A stretch of DNA of 64,000 nt from contig MU058650.1 of NCBI GenBank assembly GCA_013265495.1, positions 461,394 through 525,393 of the forward strand, in the 5' to 3' direction. The first letter of the stretch is position 1, and every line of letters begins with the position of its first letter. The notes under the pieces are model-generated. The model had not been told where the DNA came from and did no database searches. It worked only from the letters and a program-made list of their open reading frames with translations. Below, in pieces: positions 13,441 to 25,062 of the stretch. This stretch comes from Vicugna vicugna. Lineage: Eukaryota. The translations under genes and the position numbers were made by a program.

Positions 13441-14761
13441 TAAATGAACTTTTTAAAGGAGGGATGGAGTGAGAATCCTAGTAACACACAAGTCACAGGC
13501 AAGAACAGAAACTCTCAAGGGCTTGCAACATGCAGTCTTAGCCACCTGCGAGTGCTCTGTGACACCCGTCACTCCACACGGGGTGCCCAGGCGCTGGAGA
13601 ACCATTCGGCCTTCAGCCCGCTCTCTTGTTTTCCTCCTGCACAATTCTGTACTGTTCCTTCCAAACAGTGATTTTGGAAGCTTCTCAGGTCTCGTTCTTT
13701 CTTCAGCTCTGGGCTCCAGAAGGTCATGATGCTATATTCAGCCCTTAATTTGCTCTCCTTCACTTTCACATCCTTTCTCAAGAGGTTTCCCTTAATACTC
13801 CCTTCAGCTGTGTCCACAGATCCATCACTGCAAAATCTAAGGTAACTACTAAAATTAAGTTGCAACACACATGAAAAATGCCATGTTTATGCAGTCTGCA
13901 GCTTACCAGTGAGAGATGAAAAAAAAAAAGCTTTCGAATGTGTGACTAGAACATTGCATATTTGGGGGCTTAATGTTAATCCTGCGTAAGGTGAATGCTC
14001 ATTCAAGAATATGAAGGGAACACAGAGACTGTCTTGCTGGGGCCTCAGGAACTACTGAAGCTCTTCTCAGCCACTTCTGGAGATCATCAAAAAGGGAGAC
14101 ATCTTGTTTCAACCTAATTTCAATATAGATAAAGCAGACAGACCAAGTGAAAAAGGATTATGCCTGATTTAAGATTTCATAATATTTGTATAGTTTAAAT
14201 CTCAGAGCTATTAGTTGGAAATTCATCTGGGCTTTACGAGATGAATTCCCTTCAGCCACTTTGAACTTATCAACAGTGGGAAACAAAATCTTCTGGAACC
14301 TAATCTAAAATAGAGGAGCTTCTAAACACAGAACATTTTTTATCTATCATAGTTAGCACCACCCTCACTGAAAAAATACATGAAGGGAAGTGACAGCACT
14401 CAGGGGAGTAAGATAAAGGATGTGGTCAATATGTACCAGGATCAACATGTGTGACTACATTTGTGAGCACAGCTTTCTAAACACTGGTCACAAGAAGCGT
14501 TTCTTTGATTAAAGCTTATGAGATAAAAGATTGATCTGACAGTTTAGTCAAAAGCATAAAGGGCTTTTTAGGTTAAATATTGAATATAGACTACTTCACA
14601 AATCATAAATGACAGTAGCTGTTATGTTAATCCTGTTTATTATCTATTGGAGTTATGCGGGGGAAAATATTTAGTAAAAACTAAATATTAAAAAGTTCAT
14701 TGTTGCAAAACTATCAGCCTGTGTATGTGAAATAAATATTATATTTTTACTGGTAGATTAC

Positions 14762-14895
14762 TCTCTGTAATCTACCAGTGGTAAAATGGAGATGGTAATA
14801 CCCCCTCATTCTGCTGTTGTATTAAATGTAACAAAGCAACGCAGGGAGCCCTGGGTTTGGATCATAGTGTAAGCTCTCAATTACCCACAGTTATT
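14762..14895 (+). mobile_element. MIR fragment
   Basis: gtaaaatggagatggtaatacc...gttgtattaaatg...tagtgtaagctctcaat. Confidence 0.55.
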
Positions 14896-15655
14896 TTTAA
14901 AGAAGTGATTTTGGGTTTGTTTTTTATTTTTAGCTTTGGAAAGAAGCGACAACATCTATGCTTCTGCTTAGAAAATCCTGTAGTTTATTTTTACACTTTA
15001 TAATATGCATTTATAGATATACAGTATATATTCAAAAGAATATATAGAATATTACTTACTACAAAATTACTTGATAGAACTATGAAAAGAAAACTTCTAA
15101 TTGTGTTTAATTGTATTCAGGGAAAATCTATTCCCCACATGGAAGGTTTTGATCAATCTGACTCAAATTTAACACTGAAAAAAATACGAAGTATTTCAAA
15201 GTTGGGAGGAATTTTACCAAATTAATCCAGTGATTCCCATTTCTAGACAGAGGGCAAATTCTCACAAAAATGAAGACAATAAAAATGAAAATTCTAAAAT
15301 AATTATTCAGTTAAGGACAACATGTTAATCATTGTTAAGATCTACCAAATTTTAATATGTTTTTAAATTTGACTCTTCAAATTCCAAATTAACAACAGTT
15401 TGGGGAAGCTGAAAGGAATAGGTTGTAAGTGATTCATAATCTATTATTTTACAAATACTTTTAAAAGAGCAACATCTAAGTTTTTATATGCTTGGCATGT
15501 AATAGGTGCTCTATAACTTATTAAGGAACAAATTTATGGACGAAAATTCAGTTACTGTAAGAGAATGTACATAGACTTTTCAAATGATTTTTTATCATTT
15601 CTTTTTATTCATTATTTAATATTTCCTTTAAATGAAGCTAAAGACTAAAAGCAGG

Positions 15656-15671
15656 GTGTGTGTGTGTGAGT

Positions 15672-15703
<32 letters not shown>
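15656..15703 (+). repeat. Compound (TG)n(AG)n microsatellite
   Basis: Directly visible: gtgtgtgtgtgtgagtgagagagag...agaaagagagaga. Confidence 0.95.
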
Positions 15704-17049
15704 TATACTGGATATTGTCTTCCATTAAATAGTATTTTGAATCTTATTCCATGAAATTATATTTAATCTTTTCAAGAACTTCCGGTTTCTACTTTTCTGA
15801 AGATCAGGAAGCTTATCTCTCTCTACCCAGTGTTTCTTTCCTTGGCTCTTACGAACTCTAGGATAATATATATGATCACAGTCTCCTGAGATTACTATCA
15901 TTTCATTTTCACAACCAACCATCCTTGCTAGAAAGAAATATATTCAGAGGATTAATCCATTAATTTCTACAGTTTCTTAAGAAGAAGGAATTTTCACCAA
16001 AGCAAGTGAAACAGTTCTATCATGGGCTCTGCTCTCTACATGTACCTTCATTTTGTGTTAGTTTAACAACTTCTATTAATAAGGCTTCAGTCACATCTTG
16101 TAGCCAACTTCTGTTTAGAATAAACAGAAACTGTCACTGTAAACTTACCTGTCTTGTTAACTGTGCCTGTACTGCTTTCATGTTTTGACTGACTGGTTTA
16201 CACAGAGACCTACTTGTTCACTAATCTTGTTTCACTCAGACCTGTTTTCTAACACAAAGTTTCCTCTTCCATTGAGTCACAGAGCTGCCAGTATTAGTGA
16301 TTAGTACTCACAGGACTGGGATGTATTAAATTCCTATTTCAACTTATTACTCGTGAAATACATGTCAGTATCTAGCTATCAGAAGCCACAACAATCGTTC
16401 CTTCCTCCCTGCTGCTTTTTACTATCAATTATTGCGCAAAGAAAGGTATTTTCTTTCTCTGCCTTCTGACATCCAGTTGTCCAAACATGTCCAAGCTTCA
16501 TTTTTAATGGCCACCTTAAATTGCAATTAAAAGACCTCTTGCTTAGGTCATTAAGCTGCCTTCTAAACACAGTCCTGGGAGTCTTTGTGAGCTGTCCTCT
16601 ATTCCTTTCTTGAATAGCATCCCCTGACGTCATGAGCCATAGTGCGCAGAACACAATCCCGGCCTTCAGCACCATCTTTATACCTGAATCTCCTCCACAC
16701 ACTTCGTCGATTTCTTTTTACAGGGATTGACATTTGACTGGCACAAGAATAAGAACCAATTTTAATATATTTAAGGTATTTTCCTTTATAAAAAACACTC
16801 GAATTATTAGAAATGATCAACAGTCAGTAGCGCTAATGAATCTTAAGAGGAGCGTGCACTTCGCAGTCTTCCATGTCAGGGCTATACTTGGCTGCCTCCA
16901 CGGCTCACAAAGACATCATACACCGTTATTAGGGCCTCTTCCTCCCAGAGTTGAGAAAATGATCCCTTACAAATGTCAGTGCCCATAAAGACTTCCGTAA
17001 CACTCCTGTGAGTGAGGACAGCCAGCCCCACAGCCGCAAGACATGGTAT

Positions 17050-17235
17050 TACAGCTTACTGCCTTCAGAGGCGTACGGAAATTCCTTTAGTTCATTGAGC
17101 TCCGATTTCACTACTTGCTAAGTTAAAAAAATTTTTGAATTTCATAGCATTGCTGTAAGAATTAAATTAGTCACAATCTGTGTAGCTACCATTTCCTGGC
17201 CCATGGATATGCTTAGTACACGTTGAATGAATTAA
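17050..17235 (+). mobile_element. MIR fragment
   Basis: ttcatagcattgctgtaagaattaaattag...cctggcccatggatatgcttagta resembles the MIR 3' half. Confidence 0.5.
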
Positions 17236-17722
17236 GGGCCTGACAGGGGGCAGTCCTTTAACAAGATTTTACTCACTCCATTCCTTTCCTTTTAATTGGT
17301 GTCACATCCTTCCACTTACATAACTCTTGTTACAAAGTTGATTGCAACACATGGCTAGTGATTGTTTTGGGCAAGAAGTGATGGCGTACACTTTGGCTGG
17401 TCACTCACAAAATTCCCTTGCTGACCATTCCCACAGTGCCCCAGGTTAAATTCAGTTTTTATGGTTCCCTGAAAATTGCCTGTTTGCTTGTTCACCACAG
17501 GGCTGCTGAACGCGTGCAAACACCAGCTTTATATCAAGGTCACAGCTGCCATATGCTAAACTCTGCTGCACGTTAAGGATCATTTCTTCCAGTCAAGTGC
17601 AAGTGCAGCCTACTTAGGCAAATGCGCATCTTAGAGAGTCGCTCACGAAAATCCTCATCACATGTGTTCTGCCCGCTGCGTGGGCTCGTCCTCTGTTGAC
17701 CCCCAAATTAAAAGTTGCCATT

Positions 17723-18820
17723 TCCTTTTTTTTTTATTGAAGTATAGTAGATTTATAATATTATATTCGTTTCAGGGGGATAACATAATTGTAAATGTTT
17801 TTATAGATTATATTCCATTTAAAATTATTGTACAATAATGGCTATATTTTCCTGGAGTGTACAATATATCCTTGCTGCTTATTTATTTTATACATACAGC
17901 TGGTACCTCTTGATCCCCTCCCCCTCCCCCACCCCTTCTCCTGAATGGTAACCACTAGTTGGTTCTCTATATCTGTGAGTCTGTTTCTCTTTTGTTATAT
18001 ATATCTTCGTTTTCTTTTTGAGATTTCACATATAAGTGATACACAGTATTTGTCTTTACTTCACTTAGCATATGAGCCACTAGCTGGTAAACAAGCTGCT
18101 GGGAAACAAGCCACTGGAAATCAAGAAACTAGAAAACAAGCCACGTCTAAATTTCCATGAGTTTAAAATATTGTATTCACACTTACTTGCTGAAAATGCA
18201 CACGCGTGCTTTGTTTTAATGCTTTACACAGTAGATGAAATTTGTGAGGCGAAATCCTGACATTGACCATAAGGGCACGAAGGAGGGCAGATATTTCCTC
18301 AGGGTAAAACAATGGATGGTCCTGGAAAGCCAGATCATCCATTAACAGAACTTTGTTCTGGCGTGAAAGCATGCTGTTTAACCAAAGGAAGTATTTGCTC
18401 TCTCGAGATGTCCCGGAGGCAGTGACAGGATGGACTTAGAAAATGTGCATACCCCATACCCCGAGGAGGGTGACTGCTCCTGGAAGGGATGGGCCTGAAA
18501 TTAATCAGTTAGCCAGCAGGCAGAACTCAGTGCTGATCGCATGGAACGTCTAAAGCCCCACCTCTTTGATCACATTTTTTTCTGAGCTCTATACTCCTAA
18601 TAAATAGGATGTCGACCAGGCTTTTGACGCTCTAGATCCACGAGATCTTGAGTCCCCTGGTCCCATCTTTGCTCTTTACTTTGTCTCTGTTTCTTAAGTC
18701 TTGCATCGCCCATCCTCAGACACGGTCCCAAGCTGCGCTGGACGCAGCAAGCCACCAAGTCCTCTGTTGTTGCAAATGGCAAGATTTCATTCTTTTTTTA
18801 TGGCCGAGTAATATTTTACT
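17723..18820 (-). mobile_element. L1 3' end split by an LTR insertion (L1 parts ~17723-18080 and ~18750-18820)
   Basis: Poly-T ttattgaagtatag...ttcacttagcata, resuming ccaagtcc..tgttgttgcaaatggcaagatttcattctttttt. Confidence 0.85.
18081..18749 (+). mobile_element. ERV2/ERVK-like solo LTR
   Basis: Interrupts an L1 3' UTR; ends gctgcgctggacgcagCA; candidate 6-bp TSD AGCCAC (18075-18080, 18750-18755); aacaagcc repeats in U3; TAATAAATA TATA-like element at ~18598. Confidence 0.7.
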
Positions 18821-19344
18821 GTATCTATTTTCTCTTGAAAATCATAAAAACCTTCCTAAGATTTTACAACAAATGTGCAGCATGTTTATTTTTAAAACTT
18901 TAAGAAGTTTAAATAGTTATCTTAAAGGTGAAAAATATCTTTATATTAAAAAATTAATAAAGATGAGACAAAGGAGAAATTTCCCTCATGCCAGCTTGAG
19001 GGCAATAGCTCATAAGAATAAATTAATAGCTGTAAACACTAATCCAAAAATATCTTTTAGCCCGCTTTCTTGACACAGTCATATTTTAAAACAAAGGTAA
19101 GCCTTTAAGGAAAAAGAAACCTTTTCTTGAATAAAAAATTAATAGCAGCCCAATACTTATTTTAGCCACTCATACCTTTAATCACATTTACCAAGAAAAG
19201 GCAAAGAATAATTTTTTCTATGGGGAATCCAGGTAAAATTAACTTAAAAGACAGCAAAACCTGGGGAAATTGTAAGACCAGAAGCAAGTTAATGTCACCA
19301 GTGCTCTAGACCAGAGACCTGAGAGCAAAGACCAGAGGTAGATT

Positions 19345-19730
19345 TCATTCACTCATTCATGTTTTCATTTGATGACACATACTAAGTGCTTATTCCACAC
19401 TTGACACTGTGCTTTGTGTTGGCATAAACAGAGGACTATGACGTGGCTCAACACTTGTGAAATGACAGTGGACAAAGTATACAAAAAATAGATGCAATAA
19501 TGTTTATACTCTTCTGTATAAGCAGAAAATTTGAGGAGTAACATCAAGTGATATATATACTTTATTAGCAATATGGGCAGAGCAATGAGAAGATTTAAAG
19601 ACGGAGTGGTTTTTCGGTTTTAATTGAGTTATGAAAAGCTTCACAGAGAGTCAGCACTACTTCATACTGAAGGATAGCTAGCAATCCACTATTATATGGG
19701 GAGGTGAGGCTGAGCATAATCCAGTGCAGT
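19345..19730 (-). mobile_element. L2 3' fragment
   Basis: ttcattcactcattcat...tactaagtgcttatt...gacactgtgct (antisense L2 tail). Confidence 0.55.
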
Positions 19731-19733
19731 TTC

Positions 19734-19824
19734 TGTGTGTGTGTTTTTAACTTTTTCGGCGGGGTTGGGGGTAATTAGGTTTATTTATTTTCAGAGGAGG
19801 TACTGGGGATTAAACCCAGGACCT
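19734..19824 (-). mobile_element. 5'-truncated Vic-1-like SINE
   Basis: gggggtaattaggtttatttattttcagaggaggtactggggattaaacccaggacct is the antisense 3' half of the SINE; flanked by a 29-bp imperfect duplication. Confidence 0.85.
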
Positions 19825-20362
19825 TGAGGTAGAGCACAATCCAATGCAGTTTCCTTGTTTACATCTTTTCCTGAAACTCAAGAGACCACAGAAACAGACA
19901 TCAAAGCCCTAAGGACTAAATTGTAGAAAATTTTAAAATAATATTAATCAAAGAGTATGTAACTAAAAAATATAGAGGAAAAAGAAACTGATTTATTGTT
20001 AAGCCTGACAATTGTATGGGTATTTTCAGAAGAGAACTAAAAACACTGTGAATTTCACAGGAAACAGCTTTAAATTGTCACTCATGGTAACAATCACATG
20101 AATGCATTCATTAAACTCACTTTAAAATATTGAGAAATAATTAAAATGGGGAAAACAGGTTGTCACTGAAGAAGTAAAAATATTTAGTAAAGATACTCTA
20201 GATCATTTGAACAGATGTATCATGCGATTATGAACGCATTACTGTTAGCAATTACCTCCGAGAATATATGTAAATATGAGTGAAGATTTTTACCATATTG
20301 AAAGTGGGGAGTATATACTATAAAAATACCAACAATTATTGCTAAAACATTTAAAACAGCGT

Positions 20363-23300
20363 CATTTTTTTTTATTGACATATAGTTGATCTACAATATT
20401 GTGTTAGTTTCAGGTGCACAGCATAGTGATTCAGTTATTTTTTTCCTGATTGTATTCCATTATAGGTTATTACAAGATATTAAATATAATTCCTTGTCCT
20501 GCAGAGTAAGTCATTGTTGTTTACCTATTTTATACATAATATTTTGTATCTGTTAACCCCACACCCCTAATTTGCACCTCCTCCCCGCTTCCATTTGCTA
20601 ACCATAAATTTCAATGTCTCCGAGTCTACTTCTGTTTTCTATAAAAATTCATTTGTATTAGTTTTTAAATTCCACATGTAAGTGATACCATATAGTATTT
20701 GTCTTTCTCTGTCTGACTTACCTCACTAAGAATAATATTCTCTAGGTCCATCTATGTTGCCACAAATGGCAATATTTCATTCCTTTTTATAACTGAGTAA
20801 TACTCCATTGTATGTATACACGACATCTTCTTAGGCCAAGTGCTGTTGATGGGCACTTGAGTTATTTCCATGTCTTGGCTATTGTAAATAGCACTGCTAT
20901 GAACATTAGAGTACATGAATCTTCTTGAATTAGAGTTTTCATTTTTCTTGGATATAGACCCAGAAGTGGGATTTGCTGGACCATATGGTAGCTCTATTTT
21001 TAGTTTCTCAGGGAACCAGTACACTGTTTTCCATTGCGGCTGCACCAATTTACATTCCCACCAACAGTGTAGGAGAGGTTCCTTCTCTTCTCCACACCCT
21101 CTCCAGCATTTATTATTTGTAGACTACTTGATGATGCCCCTTCTGACTGATGTGGGGTGACACCTCGTTGTAGTTTTAATTTGGATTTCTCTAATAATTA
21201 GCAATGTTGAGCATGTTGTCATGTGCCTGTTGGCCATCTGCATACCTTCTTTGTGAAATGTCTATTTAGGTCTTCTACCTGGTTTTTGTTCAGATTGTTT
21301 ATTTGATATTGAGTTGTATGAGCTGTTTGTACATTTTGGATATTAACCCCTTGTTGATCACATCATTTACAAGTATTTTCTTCTACTCCATAAGTTTTCT
21401 TTTCGTTTTCTTGATAGTTGCCTTTGCTGTGCAAGAGCTTTTAAGTTTGAGTCTCTCTCTCTCTCTTTTTTTTTTTGCATTTATTTCTTCTCCTTTAGGA
21501 GAATGACCCAAAAAAATTTCTGTGATTTATGTCAGAGAATGTTTTGCCTACATTCTCTTCTAGGATCTTTATGGTGTCCTATACTTAGATTTTTGAACCA
21601 TTTTGAGTTTATTTTTGTATGTGGTATGAAGGAGTATTATAATTTCATTGATTTACATGTAGCTATCCAGGTTTCCCAACAACTCTTGTTAAAGAGAAAT
21701 GTATTTACTCCGTTCAATATTCTTGGCTCCCTTCTTGTAGATTAACTGACTATAGGTGTATGCATTAACTTCCAAGCTTTCTACTCTGTTCCATTATTCT
21801 ATATACATCTGTTTTTGTGCCAATATGACACTGTTTTGATTATTGTAGGATTGTAATATAGGAAGGGTTATACCTCCAGCTTTGTTCTTTTCCCTCAGAA
21901 CAGCTTTGGCAATTCTGGGACTTTTGTGGTTCCACATAAATTTTAGAATTATTTGTTCCAGTTCTGTGAAAATGTCATGGGTATTTGATAGGAATTGCAT
22001 TAAATCTATATATTGCTTTAGGCAATATTGTTAATATGCTCACCATTGAGTACTAGCTTTTATTATGTTGAGATATGTTCCCTCTAGACCCACTTTGGTG
22101 AGAGTTTTTATCATGAATAGACATTGAATTTTGTCAAGTGCTTTTTCTGTGTCAATTGAGAAGATCAGATAGTGTTTGTCTTTCCCTTTCTTAGTGTGGT
22201 GTATCATATTGATTGATTTGTATACAGCGAACCATCCTTGTGACCCTGGAATGAATCCAACTTCATCACTGTGTGTGATCCTTTTTATGTATCATTGGAT
22301 TCAGCTTGTTAATATTTTGTTGAGGATTTTTTGCATCTATATTCATCAATGATATTGGCCAGTAATTTTCTTTTTTGGTAGTGTCTTTGTCTAGTTTCAG
22401 TATCAGAGTGATGGTGGCTTCATAGGATGAATCTGAGAGTATCCCTTCTCTTCAGTCTTCTGGAACAGTCTGAGAAGGACAGGGGTAAGTGCTTCTTCAT
22501 AGGTTTGGTAGAATTCCCCAGTGAAATCATCTGGTCCCGGACTTTTGTTTTCAGGGAGTATTTTTTTTCTTTTAACTACAAATTCTATTTCACTTCTAGC
22601 AATCAATCTGTTCAAATTACCTGTTTCTTGTTGACTCAGTTTTGGCATACTGTATATTCCTAAAAACTTGTCCATTTCTTCCAGGTTGTCCAATTTGTTG
22701 GCATGTAACTATTCATAGTATTCGTTTATGATTTTTTTGTATTTCTATGGCATCAGTTGTTATTTCTCCTTACTCATTTCTTATTTTGTTTATTTGGGCC
22801 CTCTCTCTTCTTCTTGGTGACCTGGCTAAGGGTTCGTTAATTTTTTTTACCTTTTAAAAAAACTGTTCTTGGTTTTATTGATCTTTTCTATGGTGTTTTG
22901 ATCTCCATTTTATTTATTTCCTCTCTGATCTTTAATATTTCCTTCCTTCTCCTGACTATGGGCAATAAAGCCTCCCCCCGCCCCCAGATCCTTCTCTTTC
23001 TAATTCTTTTAGGTGGTAGGTTAGGTTGTTTATCTGAGGTTTTCTTATTTCTTGAGGAAGCCTATGTTGCTATGAACTTCCCTCTTAGAACTGCTTTTGC
23101 TGTATCCTGTAGATTTTTGTAAGGTTGTGTTTTCACTTCCCATTGTCTCAAGGTATTATCTGATGTCTCTGATTTCATCAATGGACCCATTGGTTTTTAA
23201 TAGCATGTTGTTTAGTCTCCATGTGCTTGTTCTTTTCCCCTTTTATCTTTCTGTGGTTGATTCCTAGCTTCACACCATTGTGCTCAGAAAAGATGTTTGA

Positions 23301-25062
23301 AATAATTTCTATTCTGTTAATTTTTTGAGGCTTTTTGGTAACCTAGTATGTAATCATCCTATTGTTCCTTGCACACTTGAAAAGAATATGTATTCTGGTT
23401 TTTACGCTTGTAGTGTCCTGTAGATATCAATGAAGTCCAACTGGCCTATTGTGCCTTTAGGACCTCTGTTGACTCATGGATTTTTCTCTCTGGATAATCT
23501 GTCCATTAATGTCAGTGGGCTGTTAAAGTCTCCTACTATTATGCTCTTATAGCTCCTTTCTCCTTTAATGTTTGTTAGTATTTGTTTTATATATTTAGGT
23601 GCTCCTATATTGGATGTGTATTTGTTAATGAATATATCCTTCTTTCATTGACCCATATAATGCTTCTTTGTCTTTATGACCTTTGTTTTAAAATCCATTT
23701 TGTCTGATATGAACATTGCTACCCTCACTTTCTTGTCATCTCCATTTACATGAAATATATTTTTCCATCCCCTCACTTTCAGTCTGTATGTGTCTTTTGC
23801 CCTGAAGTGAGTCTCTTGTAGGGAGTATATTGTAGGTTCTTATTTTTTTTAATCCTCTCTGCCACTCTGTATCTTTGATTAGAGCATTTAGTCCATTGAT
23901 GTTTAAAGATTGTTGATAGGTATGTACTGGGAGTATTTCTTCTGCCTTTTCATTTTACTTAACTCTCCTGTCTGTATGCATTTAGGAGAAACAGTTATCC
24001 ACTGTTGTCTTGAAGAGATGGTTATGTCAGTGTCCCTGTGTAGACTGTGCTCATCCAGTGTGTATGGTGTGAGGGTTCCTCTTGGTATGGATGTCAGCCA
24101 TATCTTTCCTCAGGATATACTGGCCATTATACCCTTGATAGGGAATGTGGTTGATGTTGGAGTGTCTACAGCTTGTGCAGGATGAGAGGCAGCACTTCCT
24201 CTCTGCTCCGTAGCTGTCACTGCCCTGCCATAGACAGGGTGTGCTCCCTAGTTGTTGGATTAGAAGTCCTAAGGGTCAAGTTCAATCAGGCTCTGTTTCC
24301 GTTGAATATCTGCCCTGCCCCAAAGGAAGCAATTGCTGAAGCAAAGCTTGTCTGCCTGAGATTCAGCACTTAGCTGCAGTGTGCTCGTATGGTACTGCTC
24401 CATCTGTGTATGCACTGACATTTGCCACTACGGGCCCAACTGCCACCCTATGTGAGCACTGACAATTACCTTTGCAGCCCCACCCAGATCACACCTCAGG
24501 CACTCTGGTCTGTCTGTCTCTGTGTGGCCTGGCCAAGTCTCTGCTCAGATCTCATAACAGGCTGTAGTGTAGAGTGAGCTGGACCAGCGTGTTCATCACT
24601 TTGGATTGACAAAGTGGTAAGGCAGCAGCCGCCAGTGCAGGGCTCTCTCTGCCCTCATTGTTGGCAAGCCAGCATGTGTGCACACCTCACAAGGAGAGTC
24701 TAGGCTTCCCCAGTCCTTCTGTCTATCTCAGTGGGTTTCCCAGCAGGCAAAGGGGCTCATCTATTTCACACAGACCCCAAGACTGAGTTGCCCATGTTGT
24801 GGCTTGACCTGCTCACTCCCCAAGGTGAAATTCTGCCTCTGAGGACCTTCTCTTCCTTACACATCCCCATTGGGGTGCAGGATCAGACCCGATGCCTTTT
24901 TTACAGTTTACCCAGTTTTGTGACGGTCTCTCTTGGAGCTTTGGTTGTATTGGAGTTCTCCTGCTAGTTTCCAGTTAGTTTTCCATGAGAACTGCTCCAA
25001 TGTATTTCTGATGTGTTTATGGGGGGAGGTGAGCTCCACATCCTTCTACTCTGTCATCCTGA
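20363..25062 (-). mobile_element. L1 retaining both 5' UTR and 3' end but with internal deletions (~4.7 kb)
   Basis: ORF2 peptides MDNLEEMDKFL...KSPGPDDFTGEFYQT and [39 protein letters not shown] region ~23200-23925; ORF1 start MKRQKKYSQ at 23953; 5' end caggatgacagagtagaaggatgtggagctcacc. Confidence 0.9.

Noticed and set aside
13445..13870. Moderately GC-rich stretch with four overlapping short ORFs
   Set aside because: Partly resembles decayed L2; no protein similarity or paired splice sites.
16379..16702. 107-aa ORF with a signal-peptide-like start
   Set aside because: Non-ATG first codon, no recognisable homology, no clear splice context; length reachable by chance.
18648..19073. 141-aa ORF
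   Set aside because: Runs across LTR, L1 and unique AT-rich DNA; no coding signature.
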